From the NCBI GenBank assembly GCA_014297435.1, contig JACOQA010000001.1:64001-128000 (forward strand): a DNA stretch of 64,000 bases, in the 5' to 3' direction. Each line of letters starts with the position of its first letter. Positions within the stretch are counted from its first letter, which is position 1. The notes under the pieces are model-generated. The model saw nothing but the letters and a program-made list of their open reading frames with translations. It ran no database searches and was not told the DNA's origin. The position numbers and the translations under genes are program-made. The DNA is from Candidatus Nanohaloarchaea archaeon (GTDB taxonomy: Archaea > Nanohalarchaeota > Nanosalinia > Nanosalinales > Nanosalinaceae). Of this stretch, positions 1-9,804 are shown one piece after another.

Positions 1-1
1 A

Positions 2-97
2 ATTCCATTCCTTTCAAAGCTCATAGAACATGAACCAGAGGTGATAGATCAGTTAGAACTTGATGAGGATGATGTCGAGTTTATTGAGGAATTTTAA
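2..97 (+). CDS. 3' end of a truncated CDS (hypothetical)
   Basis: Open frame from the window edge, IPFLSKLIEHEPEVIDQLELDEDDVEFIEEF*, acidic; converges on the next gene. Confidence 0.55.
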   Translation: MPFLSKLIEHEPEVIDQLELDEDDVEFIEEF

Positions 98-399
98 CCT
101 ATACATGTCATTTCAAGCCGCTCATCCACTTTAAACATAGTTACGTTATAGCAGCTCTTGTCGTCCCAGTACTTAACTGTCGTACTGTAAGACTCGAAGA
201 AACCTACGGCTTTTTTGAAGTTCTTTCTTGCTTTGGGAGAAGTTCCAGCCTTTGCGGCTTCAGTTTTGACGGATGAGACTACATAAGCGGTATCATCTAT
301 ACTGTAATCCTGTTTGTTTACCTCCGTGATTGTTGAGGCGACTCCTATAACGACGAGCCCGATTACTATCGAAGATATAAGCATAAACTGACCTTTCAT
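94..399 (-). CDS. Small minor pilin-like protein (class III signal peptide)
   Basis: MKG|QFMLISSIVIGLVVIG hydrophobic N-terminus; last gene of the pilus operon. Confidence 0.7.
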   Translation of the reverse strand: MKGQFMLISSIVIGLVVIGVASTITEVNKQDYSIDDTAYVVSSVKTEAAKAGTSPKARKNFKKAVGFFESYSTTVKYWDDKSCYNVTMFKVDERLEMTCIG

Positions 400-2174
400 C
401 TAGTCCACCTTAAGGAGACTTTGTATGGAATATAGGTGGTGTCTGAGATCCCGCCCACCACTTTTGTTCCTATTGATGATGATTTTTCGGATCCAAATTG
501 TTTGTTATGGCCCTCAAGCCAGTAGATCAGAGAGGATATAAGCTTGTAGTCTGCCTCATCGTAGTTCTGATAGTCAATTCTAACCAATTGTCCATTTTGA
601 TCTTCAAAACTAGTTCTGTAATTAATCAGCTCTGCTTTGCCTTCAGGCATGAAATCAAACATTGCTACATCTCCATCCTCTAAACTCTGTGTGTCCGGGA
701 AGAAAGCTCTGTAGCTTTTATTTTCGACTTCAAGCGTTTCGCCGTTCAAGTAAGGTCCTTCTCTTTCATCGCCGTAATCTCCATCCCTATCGAAGTCGAT
801 GCTGAGGGCTCGGGCATTCTCTTCATTACAGACTGTTACTGAATTACCCATCTCCGTATTTATTACGTTATAACTTACGGTGCCAGGCTGCTGGTGGAGA
901 GGGAACTCGAATGTACCTTCCGTGAATGCATCGGAACCGGTTGAATAGCACGCGGATTCAGGGTGTCCTGGATTAGTTTGGGGGTTGGCGGGTTGCATGT
1001 TCCAGTTTGTCGCGTTCCAATCATCGGTATCGTAGATTCTGTCGCTTGAAGTCATTAGCTGTTTCTGATCAAACATGGTTCCTGAGTTGGAGGCAACAAC
1101 TTTGCCTCCTGTGCGTAGCGAGATTTGGCTCGTATCGCCTTCTAGACCTTTGAAATAAGTCTCTATCTTCTCAGAGTTCCTTGAACCGGTGAATAGAGCG
1201 GAATCAACATTTTTTTCTTTAGACATATCGATCCATTTCAGTCCTGAATCATCCAAAAACCCCGTATTAAGTTCGGATCTCTCTATATCCATTAGAAGCA
1301 TTATTCGACCTCCGTTCTCTAGGTAATCCTTCAGCTTAGATCTGTAATTGTTTAGGTAGTCTTCAGATTCCCTACTGAAAACGAGCACATCATATATACT
1401 CAGGTCGGTGTTCAGTTTGGTCGTATCTACTCTCTGGGTTGTTCTTATGCCGTTAACATCTTCAGCTAAAACTTCTCGAATATCTGTAGGTATGTCCGCT
1501 CTATGGAGCACCATTTGGTTCTGGTCAAGTTTTTTGATGTCAAAGGAACGGTCAGTCGGACCTGTCCATTCGAATATCTCGTCAAGGTAATAAGGTCCTT
1601 CGGATGTAGAGAACTGGCATGTAGACTGGTTGTCAATCCATAGAGAGTCGTAGTCTAGCGTATTATCGAAACCTCCGGTTACATCCGGGTCCGTGTCCGC
1701 AACGTAGATTCTTTCACCGTACTTCCCGGAGTTCTCCTGGACGGTTCTTAGTATCGGCTCCTTTGTCTCGATCTCTTCCAGATCGTCCGAGCACTGATCT
1801 CCATTTTCGACTCTTTCGAGATCAAAAGGTTGAGAGCCAGGAACATTGGAGCTGGTGTTGAACCCTATAGTTGATTCCTTGAGCGGCAGGTTTTCTACTG
1901 TCCCCGATACTTTTAGTTGTTCAGAGCTCAGTTCTTCGACCGCATACTGCAAAGACTCGGTATCATCTCTCTTCATGAAGCTTTGCATATCGCCAGTGAT
2001 CTTCAGGGTCTGACCGAGATCGTTTGCAGTTGTTTCTATCTGAAAGTTCGACCAGTTCTGCGAAGGCTCGGGCGCAGTGTTCCCTAGTGCAAAGATGAAT
2101 AGTGTGATTATCGCAAGCATGGCTTCTATGATGTAGCCCACTCCTTTCCGTTTCTTACCTATCACCATGTCCAC
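396..2174 (-). CDS. Large pilin-like/adhesin protein (class III signal peptide)
   Basis: KKRKG|VGYIIEAMLAIITLFIF; large acidic extracellular domain. Confidence 0.7.
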   Translation of the reverse strand: MDMVIGKKRKGVGYIIEAMLAIITLFIFALGNTAPEPSQNWSNFQIETTANDLGQTLKITGDMQSFMKRDDTESLQYAVEELSSEQLKVSGTVENLPLKESTIGFNTSSNVPGSQPFDLERVENGDQCSDDLEEIETKEPILRTVQENSGKYGERIYVADTDPDVTGGFDNTLDYDSLWIDNQSTCQFSTSEGPYYLDEIFEWTGPTDRSFDIKKLDQNQMVLHRADIPTDIREVLAEDVNGIRTTQRVDTTKLNTDLSIYDVLVFSRESEDYLNNYRSKLKDYLENGGRIMLLMDIERSELNTGFLDDSGLKWIDMSKEKNVDSALFTGSRNSEKIETYFKGLEGDTSQISLRTGGKVVASNSGTMFDQKQLMTSSDRIYDTDDWNATNWNMQPANPQTNPGHPESACYSTGSDAFTEGTFEFPLHQQPGTVSYNVINTEMGNSVTVCNEENARALSIDFDRDGDYGDEREGPYLNGETLEVENKSYRAFFPDTQSLEDGDVAMFDFMPEGKAELINYRTSFEDQNGQLVRIDYQNYDEADYKLISSLIYWLEGHNKQFGSEKSSSIGTKVVGGISDTTYIPYKVSLRWTR

Positions 2175-2989
2175 ACCTCGATTCTTATCGGTTCCTCCTC
2201 CAATGAGGCGAATCGTTGGAACTTTACCACCGATGAACTCGTGTCGATTCGGGCTCCGAACGTCTTGAGATGGTCTTCTAACAGTAAAAGCGAACCTTGG
2301 TTGTCTGCTCTGTTTTGAAAGCTTTCAATAGTGTAGCCAGTTTTGTAAATTTCCTGACCTCTCTCGAACCGAGCGGCTGTATCAAAATCCCAATCATCTA
2401 TACTAGCATAAATAGCGTCATAAACCCCATCATGTGCTGTGACAAGGAAGTGATAGTCGACACCTTCTAGGTCTGCGATACCGTACCGAACCTTGTTATC
2501 GGCGCTCGTATAAACAGGGTCGTTAGGTTCGTCAATATCAGGGTTTGATGGAGGATCGCCTCTCGTGAAGCTTCTATTGGTGTCTATAGTCGGTCTCCAG
2601 GTGAACCTGAACCTGAACTGGTTCTTGATACCCATCAAATCCCTGAATGTGGAGTAGTTGAGTCTCTTATCGGTAAAGTTAACTGATGCAAGTCTTCTGA
2701 TCTTTTCTCTTTCCAGTTGAAGGAAGCTATTCGCAAGCCCGAAGCTTTCAATATTTCTTAAGGTCGAGGGGTTTTTCTCCCAGTCGGAGCCTCCTGAACC
2801 GAAGGAGTGGCTTCCCGGTGCTGAAAGTATTACATCCATAACGCTTTTTGCTTCGAGGTTTAAACCTGATTTGTCGGCCTGATCGCTGTAGGAGGGAAGA
2901 AGGGTGGATGCAGATGTTATCAGAACGCCTACAGCTATCAGATAAAGTAATGCCGAGGCGAGAAATTCGATATTTATTTGTCCTTTCAT
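2162..2989 (-). CDS. Minor pilin-like protein (class III signal peptide)
   Basis: MKG|QINIEFLASALLYLIAVG with E at +5. Confidence 0.75.
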   Translation of the reverse strand: MKGQINIEFLASALLYLIAVGVLITSASTLLPSYSDQADKSGLNLEAKSVMDVILSAPGSHSFGSGGSDWEKNPSTLRNIESFGLANSFLQLEREKIRRLASVNFTDKRLNYSTFRDLMGIKNQFRFRFTWRPTIDTNRSFTRGDPPSNPDIDEPNDPVYTSADNKVRYGIADLEGVDYHFLVTAHDGVYDAIYASIDDWDFDTAARFERGQEIYKTGYTIESFQNRADNQGSLLLLEDHLKTFGARIDTSSSVVKFQRFASLEEEPIRIEVWTW

Positions 2990-2990
2990 C

Positions 2991-4013
2991 TTAGACCCCC
3001 GAGAGACCTACCATGTACATGAATACTAAGAATGCTATTGGGATCATCACAAGAGCGTGTTTTACGCCTGCGGAGGGACTTCCTTCTCCAATTTGTCCGG
3101 CTACTGCGCCTGTACATATTCCTTGAACCATAAGCATCGCAAAGAGAAGAGATTTGTAGTAAGCCATAGCTCCGTACTTGAATTTTTGCGCTGTCTGACT
3201 CGTGAATGATTCCAGGGTGTTGGGGACGAAGCCGAACACTCTCGCCATCTCGCACATAGGCTGAGCGTAGCTTATGCCGCCGCTACAGTAATTAGGAGAG
3301 CCTCCTGAACCGCCTAGGAACTCTGTGTTCTGTAATGCGCCCTGACCCGGGTTTCCAAGACCTAGAAGCTGCGAAAGCATGTAATAAATACCTACTGTAA
3401 TTCCAATGAACAGGAAGTATATAACGTACATAATGAAAATCTGCTGCTTGATCTTCGAGTTCTTTTCTTGAATAACTTCTTTCAACTGCGCTGAGTCCTC
3501 TGCAATAGACTCTAAAGTCTTTGTGATGTTGCCTCCACTCTTGAAACTCTGTAAAAGAATAGAGATCGACTCCTGGATAACGGCAGATTCATCCATTCTT
3601 TTAGAGAAACGATCCATGACCTCTGGAAAAGGAACTCCCCAGGTAAGTTCGTTATGAATCTGTTCAATTTCTTTGTTCAAACGACCGTAATCTGTTTCTT
3701 TTGCCGAATCAAAGGATTGAATGATTGTCATTCCGCCTCTCTTCGATTCTGCAAGATCCTTAAGGAAAGAAGGGAATTGATCTTCTACTTCTCTGATCGC
3801 CCTGTTTTTGAGGAAAGATATTATGCCGTATGGAAGTATTGAGACGATTAAACCTAGTATAAGTATAGATCCTCCTATCTGTTGAAGTCCAGATATGTAA
3901 GAGATGATTCCGAGAAATACGAGGAAAGCTCCGGCGATTATCGAACCAAGGATTATCTTGTCCTCGGTTGAACGACCCTTCTGCAGTTTTTCCTCCTTGA
4001 AGAATTCTAACAC
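2991..4013 (-). CDS. Type II secretion F-domain (TadC-like) pilus platform protein
   Basis: Multi-TM; FPSFLKDLAESKRGG...YGRL...WG.PF.E T2SSF motif; downstream of the ATPase. Confidence 0.85.
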   Translation of the reverse strand: MLEFFKEEKLQKGRSTEDKIILGSIIAGAFLVFLGIISYISGLQQIGGSILILGLIVSILPYGIISFLKNRAIREVEDQFPSFLKDLAESKRGGMTIIQSFDSAKETDYGRLNKEIEQIHNELTWGVPFPEVMDRFSKRMDESAVIQESISILLQSFKSGGNITKTLESIAEDSAQLKEVIQEKNSKIKQQIFIMYVIYFLFIGITVGIYYMLSQLLGLGNPGQGALQNTEFLGGSGGSPNYCSGGISYAQPMCEMARVFGFVPNTLESFTSQTAQKFKYGAMAYYKSLLFAMLMVQGICTGAVAGQIGEGSPSAGVKHALVMIPIAFLVFMYMVGLSGV

Positions 4014-4017
4014 GTTA

Positions 4018-4890
4018 TCACCTTATGCCTCCGGGCGCCATACCCTTAACCATCAGTATGAACATGCCTGAGATTATGGGAAGACCGAAAAATATTGCAG
4101 CCATCTGGATAAGGACAATTTTTGAACCGCCAATATTAGTAAATGAGCTCATTACGACGCTCATTGAGGTAAAAACAATAGATCCTACAATTACTACTGT
4201 AATATACATTTCTACGACAAGTGAAAGTTCTTCAGCGAATGACTCAACTCTTCTTTGATAGTCGTTCATTAGAGTCTTGGCTCTTTCCTGTAAGAAAGCT
4301 CTAAGAGATCCTCCGGAGGTAAGTGAGTGGTTGATTCCCCAGAGTAGTTCCTCGAAATCATCGCTCGGTGTTCTATCTGCAGCACGTTCAAGCGCTTCAG
4401 AAACATCCATTCCAAAGTTGTCTATGTCTCTGCTTATCTTCTCAGCTTCCTTCGATACTTCCCCATACTCTCCTGTAGAGGAAAGGATTTTGAAGAGCTC
4501 GGATATGTCTGTACCGGTTCCGGCAAGCGTTGACATGTACATGGTAGCGAAAGGTAGAGTGTCTCTGATCTTTGAAGCTCTCTGTTTCTTAAGCACTGAG
4601 GGGTATAGGTAGAAGAAGACTAAGCTTCCTGCTGAGATTAGTATCGAAAGAACCAGACCTATAATTATGCCAGAAGGTCCTGAAACAAGAGTCAGAGGTA
4701 TGCCAAGCACGAAAAGACTGAATACAAAGCTCATCAGAGTCGAGAAAAACATCATGCTGAGGTACTCTGGCAGCGAAATCTCTATATTAGCCTTGGCTAG
4801 TTGAGGTCTTAATTCCTCAAACGTCTCGACGTAGTCAAGGGTGTAAGTACCTATTTGATCGTAGCAGAAGTTTGCGTACTTCTCTAGCAT
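4018..4890 (-). CDS. Type II secretion F-domain (TadB/C-like) membrane protein
   Basis: LPFATMYMSTLAGTG...YGEVS.E...FG.DV.EAL...A.RTPS motif. Confidence 0.85.
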   Translation of the reverse strand: MLEKYANFCYDQIGTYTLDYVETFEELRPQLAKANIEISLPEYLSMMFFSTLMSFVFSLFVLGIPLTLVSGPSGIIIGLVLSILISAGSLVFFYLYPSVLKKQRASKIRDTLPFATMYMSTLAGTGTDISELFKILSSTGEYGEVSKEAEKISRDIDNFGMDVSEALERAADRTPSDDFEELLWGINHSLTSGGSLRAFLQERAKTLMNDYQRRVESFAEELSLVVEMYITVVIVGSIVFTSMSVVMSSFTNIGGSKIVLIQMAAIFFGLPIISGMFILMVKGMAPGGIR

Positions 4891-6599
4891 CAGTTTCCAA
4901 TTCCTATTTCGGTATGCTCAGAATTTAAGCTTTCCCCGACCTCTTCTAGAATAGACTGAGGGTCAGAGTAATAACGTGATATAATATCGCCTACATCGCG
5001 ATAATGCTTTTTCTGTTCGTCTTGCATCCATTTGAGCACATGTTGTCTTCTCTTTAGCTCTTCCTGGATTTTTTGTTCATCTCCACCAGTTTCTTCCACA
5101 ATTTCCTCTAGAAGAAGGGAATTGTTTTCTATCTGGTAGGTATCACTCTTAGAGTCCCATCCAAATACTTTGTTAGCATCTATACCAGTTCTCTTGTTGT
5201 ATTCTTCTACTTCATAGATTCCGGTTATTCTTCTGATGTACTTGTTCCCTCTTCTAATACGTTTGATAAGCATGATCGCGTCCAAGGTCTCGATCAGAGA
5301 AGGCGATAGGTTGATCGGGTTAGTAGTAAGACGGTCCATAAGCATGTCAAGAGAGTCGGCGTGGATTGTAGAGAGACCTGTGTGTCCGGTTGCCATCTGC
5401 TGGAATAGGATGTAGGCTTCCTCACCACGGACCTCACCGACAATAATGTATTCGGGTCTCTGACGTAGAGACTCCTTCAATAGGTCGTCCATTGAAACCT
5501 CTCCCCCTTCCTCAACGCTTGAGCCGAATCCTGATCGCGCTACCTCGGGAACCCAGTGGTCGTGTGGAAGTCTTAGCTCCGGTGTGTCCTCGATGGATAC
5601 AATCTTCTTCTCAGGTCTAATGAATAGTGAGAGGGCGTTAAGCTGTGATGTTTTTCCGGCACCTGTGGTTCCACATACTAGAACAGATTTTTCGTGCTCA
5701 ATAAGTGTCCATAGGTAGGACAGCATTCTCGCATTTTCGGTTTCGAAGTCCATCATGTGGATAGGTGTTAATGGATCTTCTGTGAACCGTCTGATAGTGA
5801 AGTTTGAGCCTTTTCTTGCGATGTCGGTGGCTAAAGTTGCCTGAACACGTGAACCGTCTGGTAATGATCCGTCAAGCAATGGTTGGGATACGGAGATTGA
5901 TCTTCCACATCTCTGTGCTAATTTCATAACGAAAGAATCCAGTTTGTCGGTATCTTCCCATACAATATCTGTCTTAACGGATCCGAATTTGGGGTTTCTG
6001 TGGTAGGCGTATACGGGAATGTTTGTACCGTCACAGGAGATATCCTCGACCTCGGTATCATTCATTAGAGGTTGGAGCTTTCCTAGTCCGGCAAAATCTC
6101 TCTTTGCATAGTATCGGATGATTTCTCTCTGCCTGTCGCTCAATGATATCTCATATTTATCGACAATTTGATCCATTCGTTCTTCTAGGTAATCTTCAGC
6201 TTCCTCTGTTTCTAGATCTGTGAAATCTAGATTAAAGCTTCTTTCTAATATTTCCTTTATTTTAGTGAGTATTCTCTCTGTTTCAGGCGTTAGTTCGGGT
6301 TCGATAACCCTGTATATTAGCTCTCCCGCATCATCGTCCCAAGTTATGTGTGCCCAGGCGTATACCATTTCGCCTTCTTCCGGGTCTTCCGGTACGAGAG
6401 GATAGGTTATGTTCACGTCTGAAAGACCTTCCTCGGTTCCTTCTTCATCGTCTTCCATTGATTCCCGAAATCTTCCGGGTGTTGGTACTTCTATTCCTCT
6501 AGAAGGTCCGGTGTCTTTCTCTTCTTCCTCTTCTTCGAACTGTTCGGGGTGTTTTATTTTTCTAAGTTTTTCCGCAAGACTCAGGAACTTGTAACTCAT
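4890..6599 (-). CDS. Type II/IV secretion ATPase (VirB11/TadA/FlaI family)
   Basis: Walker A GTTGAGKT, SIEDTPEL, LRQRPEYIIVGEVRG, MATGH. Confidence 0.95.
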   Translation of the reverse strand: MSYKFLSLAEKLRKIKHPEQFEEEEEEKDTGPSRGIEVPTPGRFRESMEDDEEGTEEGLSDVNITYPLVPEDPEEGEMVYAWAHITWDDDAGELIYRVIEPELTPETERILTKIKEILERSFNLDFTDLETEEAEDYLEERMDQIVDKYEISLSDRQREIIRYYAKRDFAGLGKLQPLMNDTEVEDISCDGTNIPVYAYHRNPKFGSVKTDIVWEDTDKLDSFVMKLAQRCGRSISVSQPLLDGSLPDGSRVQATLATDIARKGSNFTIRRFTEDPLTPIHMMDFETENARMLSYLWTLIEHEKSVLVCGTTGAGKTSQLNALSLFIRPEKKIVSIEDTPELRLPHDHWVPEVARSGFGSSVEEGGEVSMDDLLKESLRQRPEYIIVGEVRGEEAYILFQQMATGHTGLSTIHADSLDMLMDRLTTNPINLSPSLIETLDAIMLIKRIRRGNKYIRRITGIYEVEEYNKRTGIDANKVFGWDSKSDTYQIENNSLLLEEIVEETGGDEQKIQEELKRRQHVLKWMQDEQKKHYRDVGDIISRYYSDPQSILEEVGESLNSEHTEIGIGN

Positions 6600-6994
6600 T
6601 AGTTAGACCTCAAAGAGATTTTGTTTCCCTGTTTGAAGATTTTTACGCTACCTCCAGGGCTTGATCCCTGAAGATCGTAAATCGCATCTAGACTTTCTAT
6701 ACCTACCGAATAATTTCTGAAGTTAGTGAAGACATATATTTGATCCTTTAAACCAAGTCTGTAAGTCCCTCCGGCTATTCTATCTGGTAAATCAACTGTT
6801 TTTGAGCCATTGGTGTTTTGCAGACTTATCATGGAACGTTTTACGTTGTTTGCGATATTGATTGACTGTTTTTCTCTCGTTGTATCAAAAGCTTCTTTCT
6901 TGTACTGATTGATTATTGTTATGCTTCCGACGGCTATCATAACTCCCATTCCAAATGTCAAAACTGATTCAACTGCAAGATATTGTCCTTTAAT
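6599..6994 (-). CDS. Minor pilin-like protein, probable ATT start
   Basis: Extending the listed ORF 11 codons gives (M)KG|QYLAVESVLTFGMG; AGGTGA SD 7 nt upstream; in-frame stop further upstream. Confidence 0.7.
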   Translation of the reverse strand: MKGQYLAVESVLTFGMGVMIAVGSITIINQYKKEAFDTTREKQSINIANNVKRSMISLQNTNGSKTVDLPDRIAGGTYRLGLKDQIYVFTNFRNYSVGIESLDAIYDLQGSSPGGSVKIFKQGNKISLRSN

Positions 6995-7001
6995 GAGTTC
7001 T

Positions 7002-7676
7002 TCACCTGAAGCTTATCCGGATATTTGTATTTTTACGTCTGAGTTTTTCGCCTGAAGGCAGCTCTACTCTCTCGTCGCCCTCTTCCCAGACTGTGCCTTG
7101 GTTTGCTATTCTTATTGTGGCTTCGCCGGCTGAAAAGCTCTGTCCTTGAGAGGTAATATTTACTTTTTCTAGAACTGTAGAGGTTGTTGTTTCAGCCTTC
7201 AGATTTCTGAATTCGATTCTATACTCCATTACAGCGCTTCCAGGACCTCCTGCAGGTTTCACTCCTATAACGCCTGGTCTTTCGTTCCCTTTCAAACCAA
7301 ATGGTCCTGAGCCAAAGCTGAGTCCTTGAAGGCTCTTGCCTTGAATTAAAGTCCAGGTATCAAGTGCGTAAGGCGGGTTATCGGCGTTAGTAGTGATCTG
7401 GATGAAGTTTTCTGATTCGTTTATTGAAATTCTGAAATTCCTAGAGTTAGAGACTGATTCGCCCAAAGTCAATACCTCTGCTGTGCCTGTACCTTCATCA
7501 CTTACTCTGTTAATCTCGCGGTACAGGTCTACTATTTCATTCTCCACGTTATTGAGTTCCGATTCGCTCTGTGATTTCTCAAGGAGTGGTGTGCCCCAAA
7601 CATACGCGGATGCAACTGAGCCTATAACCACAGAAGTTATCAGGACTGCAGTGACTGCTTGGGTCTGTCCCTTCAT
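7002..7676 (-). CDS. Minor pilin-like protein (class III signal peptide)
   Basis: MKG|QTQAVTAVLITSVVIGSVASAYVWG. Confidence 0.75.
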   Translation of the reverse strand: MKGQTQAVTAVLITSVVIGSVASAYVWGTPLLEKSQSESELNNVENEIVDLYREINRVSDEGTGTAEVLTLGESVSNSRNFRISINESENFIQITTNADNPPYALDTWTLIQGKSLQGLSFGSGPFGLKGNERPGVIGVKPAGGPGSAVMEYRIEFRNLKAETTTSTVLEKVNITSQGQSFSAGEATIRIANQGTVWEEGDERVELPSGEKLRRKNTNIRISFR

Positions 7677-7728
7677 AACTTAATATGCTAAGAAGTTAGA
7701 ATATAAAGGAAAGGGAGTTAGGACCTGT

Positions 7729-8292
7729 CTAGCAGGTCGTTGATCCGGAGCTCTGAGGCGAGCAAGTATGCTCCCAAGTGAATCCGCTGACATCGTCATA
7801 GTTGATTTGGACTGTCAGCTGGCTTGTTGGCTTCGGGAATTTGAAACCTGTGTCACAAGTGTAGGTTTCTGATTCGTTCAGCACACCATTAGTCAGGTCA
7901 TCTGAGCCCATTTGGAAACACTCAGTATCTGTTGTATCTCCTGCCGCCCAGAACTGGCTGTAACCTGAGTCGTCCCGTATCACATCCCATGGTAAGGCGC
8001 TTTGTTCTCCTTCCGGTATCGCGTATAATGAAACTTCTTGTGAAAGGTTAACAGCTCTTGAACCAGTGTTAGCTATGTTTATCTTGATACTTTGGTCGTC
8101 CGAGTCTTCATAAACGGATCTGTATGTCAGACCGGTGTTGCTGGCCTTTTGTCTGGCCTCTAACTGCTGGACGTTGTCTTGTCCCTGTCCTGCAAGTTGT
8201 TGGTAGAGTCCCCACGCTGAGGCTACTGCGCCTACGGTGATTAAAAGTAATAGTACAACTGCGATTACGGGTGTAATACCTTTTCGTTTCAT
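7729..8292 (-). CDS. Archaeal type IV pilin (probable major pilin)
   Basis: MKRKG|ITPVIAVVLLLLITVGAVASAW, classic archaeal pilin N-terminus. Confidence 0.85.
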   Translation of the reverse strand: MKRKGITPVIAVVLLLLITVGAVASAWGLYQQLAGQGQDNVQQLEARQKASNTGLTYRSVYEDSDDQSIKINIANTGSRAVNLSQEVSLYAIPEGEQSALPWDVIRDDSGYSQFWAAGDTTDTECFQMGSDDLTNGVLNESETYTCDTGFKFPKPTSQLTVQINYDDVSGFTWEHTCSPQSSGSTTC

Positions 8293-8340
8293 GATTATTA
8301 TCCTCTTGTCATGAGTTTATGATTAAACTGTTTAAATAAT

Positions 8341-8838
8341 TCAGCAGAAGTTCCCTCCTGAATTGAAGCAGTTCATGGTATCGGACGTTTCATATGTCCC
8401 TGTGATTCTAACAAGTTTAGAGTTTCCATTTGAGGGGAATGGTTCTGTGGTGTTGATCGGAATCATGTTCTTTGGATCTATGTAGACCTGCCCGCTTTTA
8501 GAGTTGAGAAATTCCCATGAGGTAGAATCATCTGACAGAGGTCTTCCCTCAATATAGATGTTCCATAGCCTGTCTCCATTAGGTTGCTGTATTTCTAAAC
8601 TTCTTTCTCCTGTATTTCTTACATTAATAATTATATGTCCTTGAGAGCCTTTGTAGCCGTTCTCTATGTTCATAGAGGATTGGATCTGTCTGCGATCTTC
8701 TGATACCTTGTCTTGTGAATTCTGCTGAACGTTCTCCTGAATGCTCTGTAGAAACACGAAAGCTGAACCTGTAGCTGCAACGCTTATTCCTAGAAGCAGA
8801 ACTGCTCCAATAACAGGGGTTAGTCCTTTTCTATTCAT
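8341..8838 (-). CDS. Archaeal type IV pilin
   Basis: MNRKG|LTPVIGAVLLLGISVAATGSAF; paralog of the downstream pilin (VRNTG vs IANTG). Confidence 0.85.
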   Translation of the reverse strand: MNRKGLTPVIGAVLLLGISVAATGSAFVFLQSIQENVQQNSQDKVSEDRRQIQSSMNIENGYKGSQGHIIINVRNTGERSLEIQQPNGDRLWNIYIEGRPLSDDSTSWEFLNSKSGQVYIDPKNMIPINTTEPFPSNGNSKLVRITGTYETSDTMNCFNSGGNFC

Positions 8839-9550
8839 CGTTCATTTTGTCAAACTTCTTTCTGAGCTTCCTGATGTTGTCGTTGTTCGAGCCTGAACCC
8901 CTAGAGTTCTGGTTGTTCTGTCTCTGGTTCTGCTGTCGGGAATTCTGATTCTGTTGACCTCTACCTCTCTTCTGTCTTCCTTGACCTCCCTGTTGGTTAC
9001 CTTGATTTCTGTTGACGTTCAGGTCGGGTCCTGAAGATTTGGATCTCTGCTCGTTACCGCCCATCATATTCCCTTTGTTCTTTGAGGTATAGGATCTCTT
9101 GATGCTCTTATTCAATTCTTCTAGGTTAGTAATAACCTGTTCGTTCGACTGTTTGATATCGTCTGCAACACCCTGCATTTCGTTGCCTACCGCCTCAGCA
9201 ACTCTGTTATGTACGTCGTTGATTACTTCTCCTTCTAGATCGGTTTCTGAGGCTTCGTTAAGAAGATCCATGAAAGAATTCATGTTTTCCACCACTTCCT
9301 CCATTCGGTGGGTGAGGTCTTCTACGGAGTTCTTTAGTTCGTGTGTGGACTCGGTCATGTCGTTGACGATCTTCTGGTTTGATTTCATGATATCGAGAAC
9401 GTCTCTTACCAGTTCGTCGTTTCTTCCTCCCTGAGTCTTCTGGGCTTCCATCTCATCGATTCTTCTTTCTAGCTTTCTGATAGGTCCTACGGGAACGACC
9501 TCATAATCGTCCTCTTCTCCTCCACCAAGTTCCACTTCATCATTTGACAT
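8831..9550 (-). CDS. Hypothetical coiled-coil protein with Q/N/R-rich tail, first gene of the pilus operon
   Basis: Heptad-rich core and low-complexity C-terminus; stop overlaps the pilin start. Confidence 0.75.
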   Translation of the reverse strand: MSNDEVELGGGEEDDYEVVPVGPIRKLERRIDEMEAQKTQGGRNDELVRDVLDIMKSNQKIVNDMTESTHELKNSVEDLTHRMEEVVENMNSFMDLLNEASETDLEGEVINDVHNRVAEAVGNEMQGVADDIKQSNEQVITNLEELNKSIKRSYTSKNKGNMMGGNEQRSKSSGPDLNVNRNQGNQQGGQGRQKRGRGQQNQNSRQQNQRQNNQNSRGSGSNNDNIRKLRKKFDKMNDE

Positions 9551-9804
9551 GCTCTATAATCCTCCGTTATACACCAAAAACTTCCCCGAGCCCGTATTTA
9601 TAACCTGTCCAAAATCAACGAGAAAAGTTGCAAATTTTGAGTAAAAACAATATTTAGTAGGTTAGAATAAGTCCTAACAGCTTATTTGGGTAATTTAGTG
9701 GAGATTCAGAAAAGTGTGAAGTTATCTGTTTCTCAGAAATCAGTTGGTTGAACGTAGGTTAAACTTCTCAATTGGGAAAAAGAATGAATGGAGGAGGGAG
9801 TTTT

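Noticed and set aside
7729-8838. Archaellum (flagellar) operon
   Set aside because: No FlaH/ArlH, ArlF/G or single ArlJ; paired T2SSF proteins and ITPVIA-type N-termini fit a pilus
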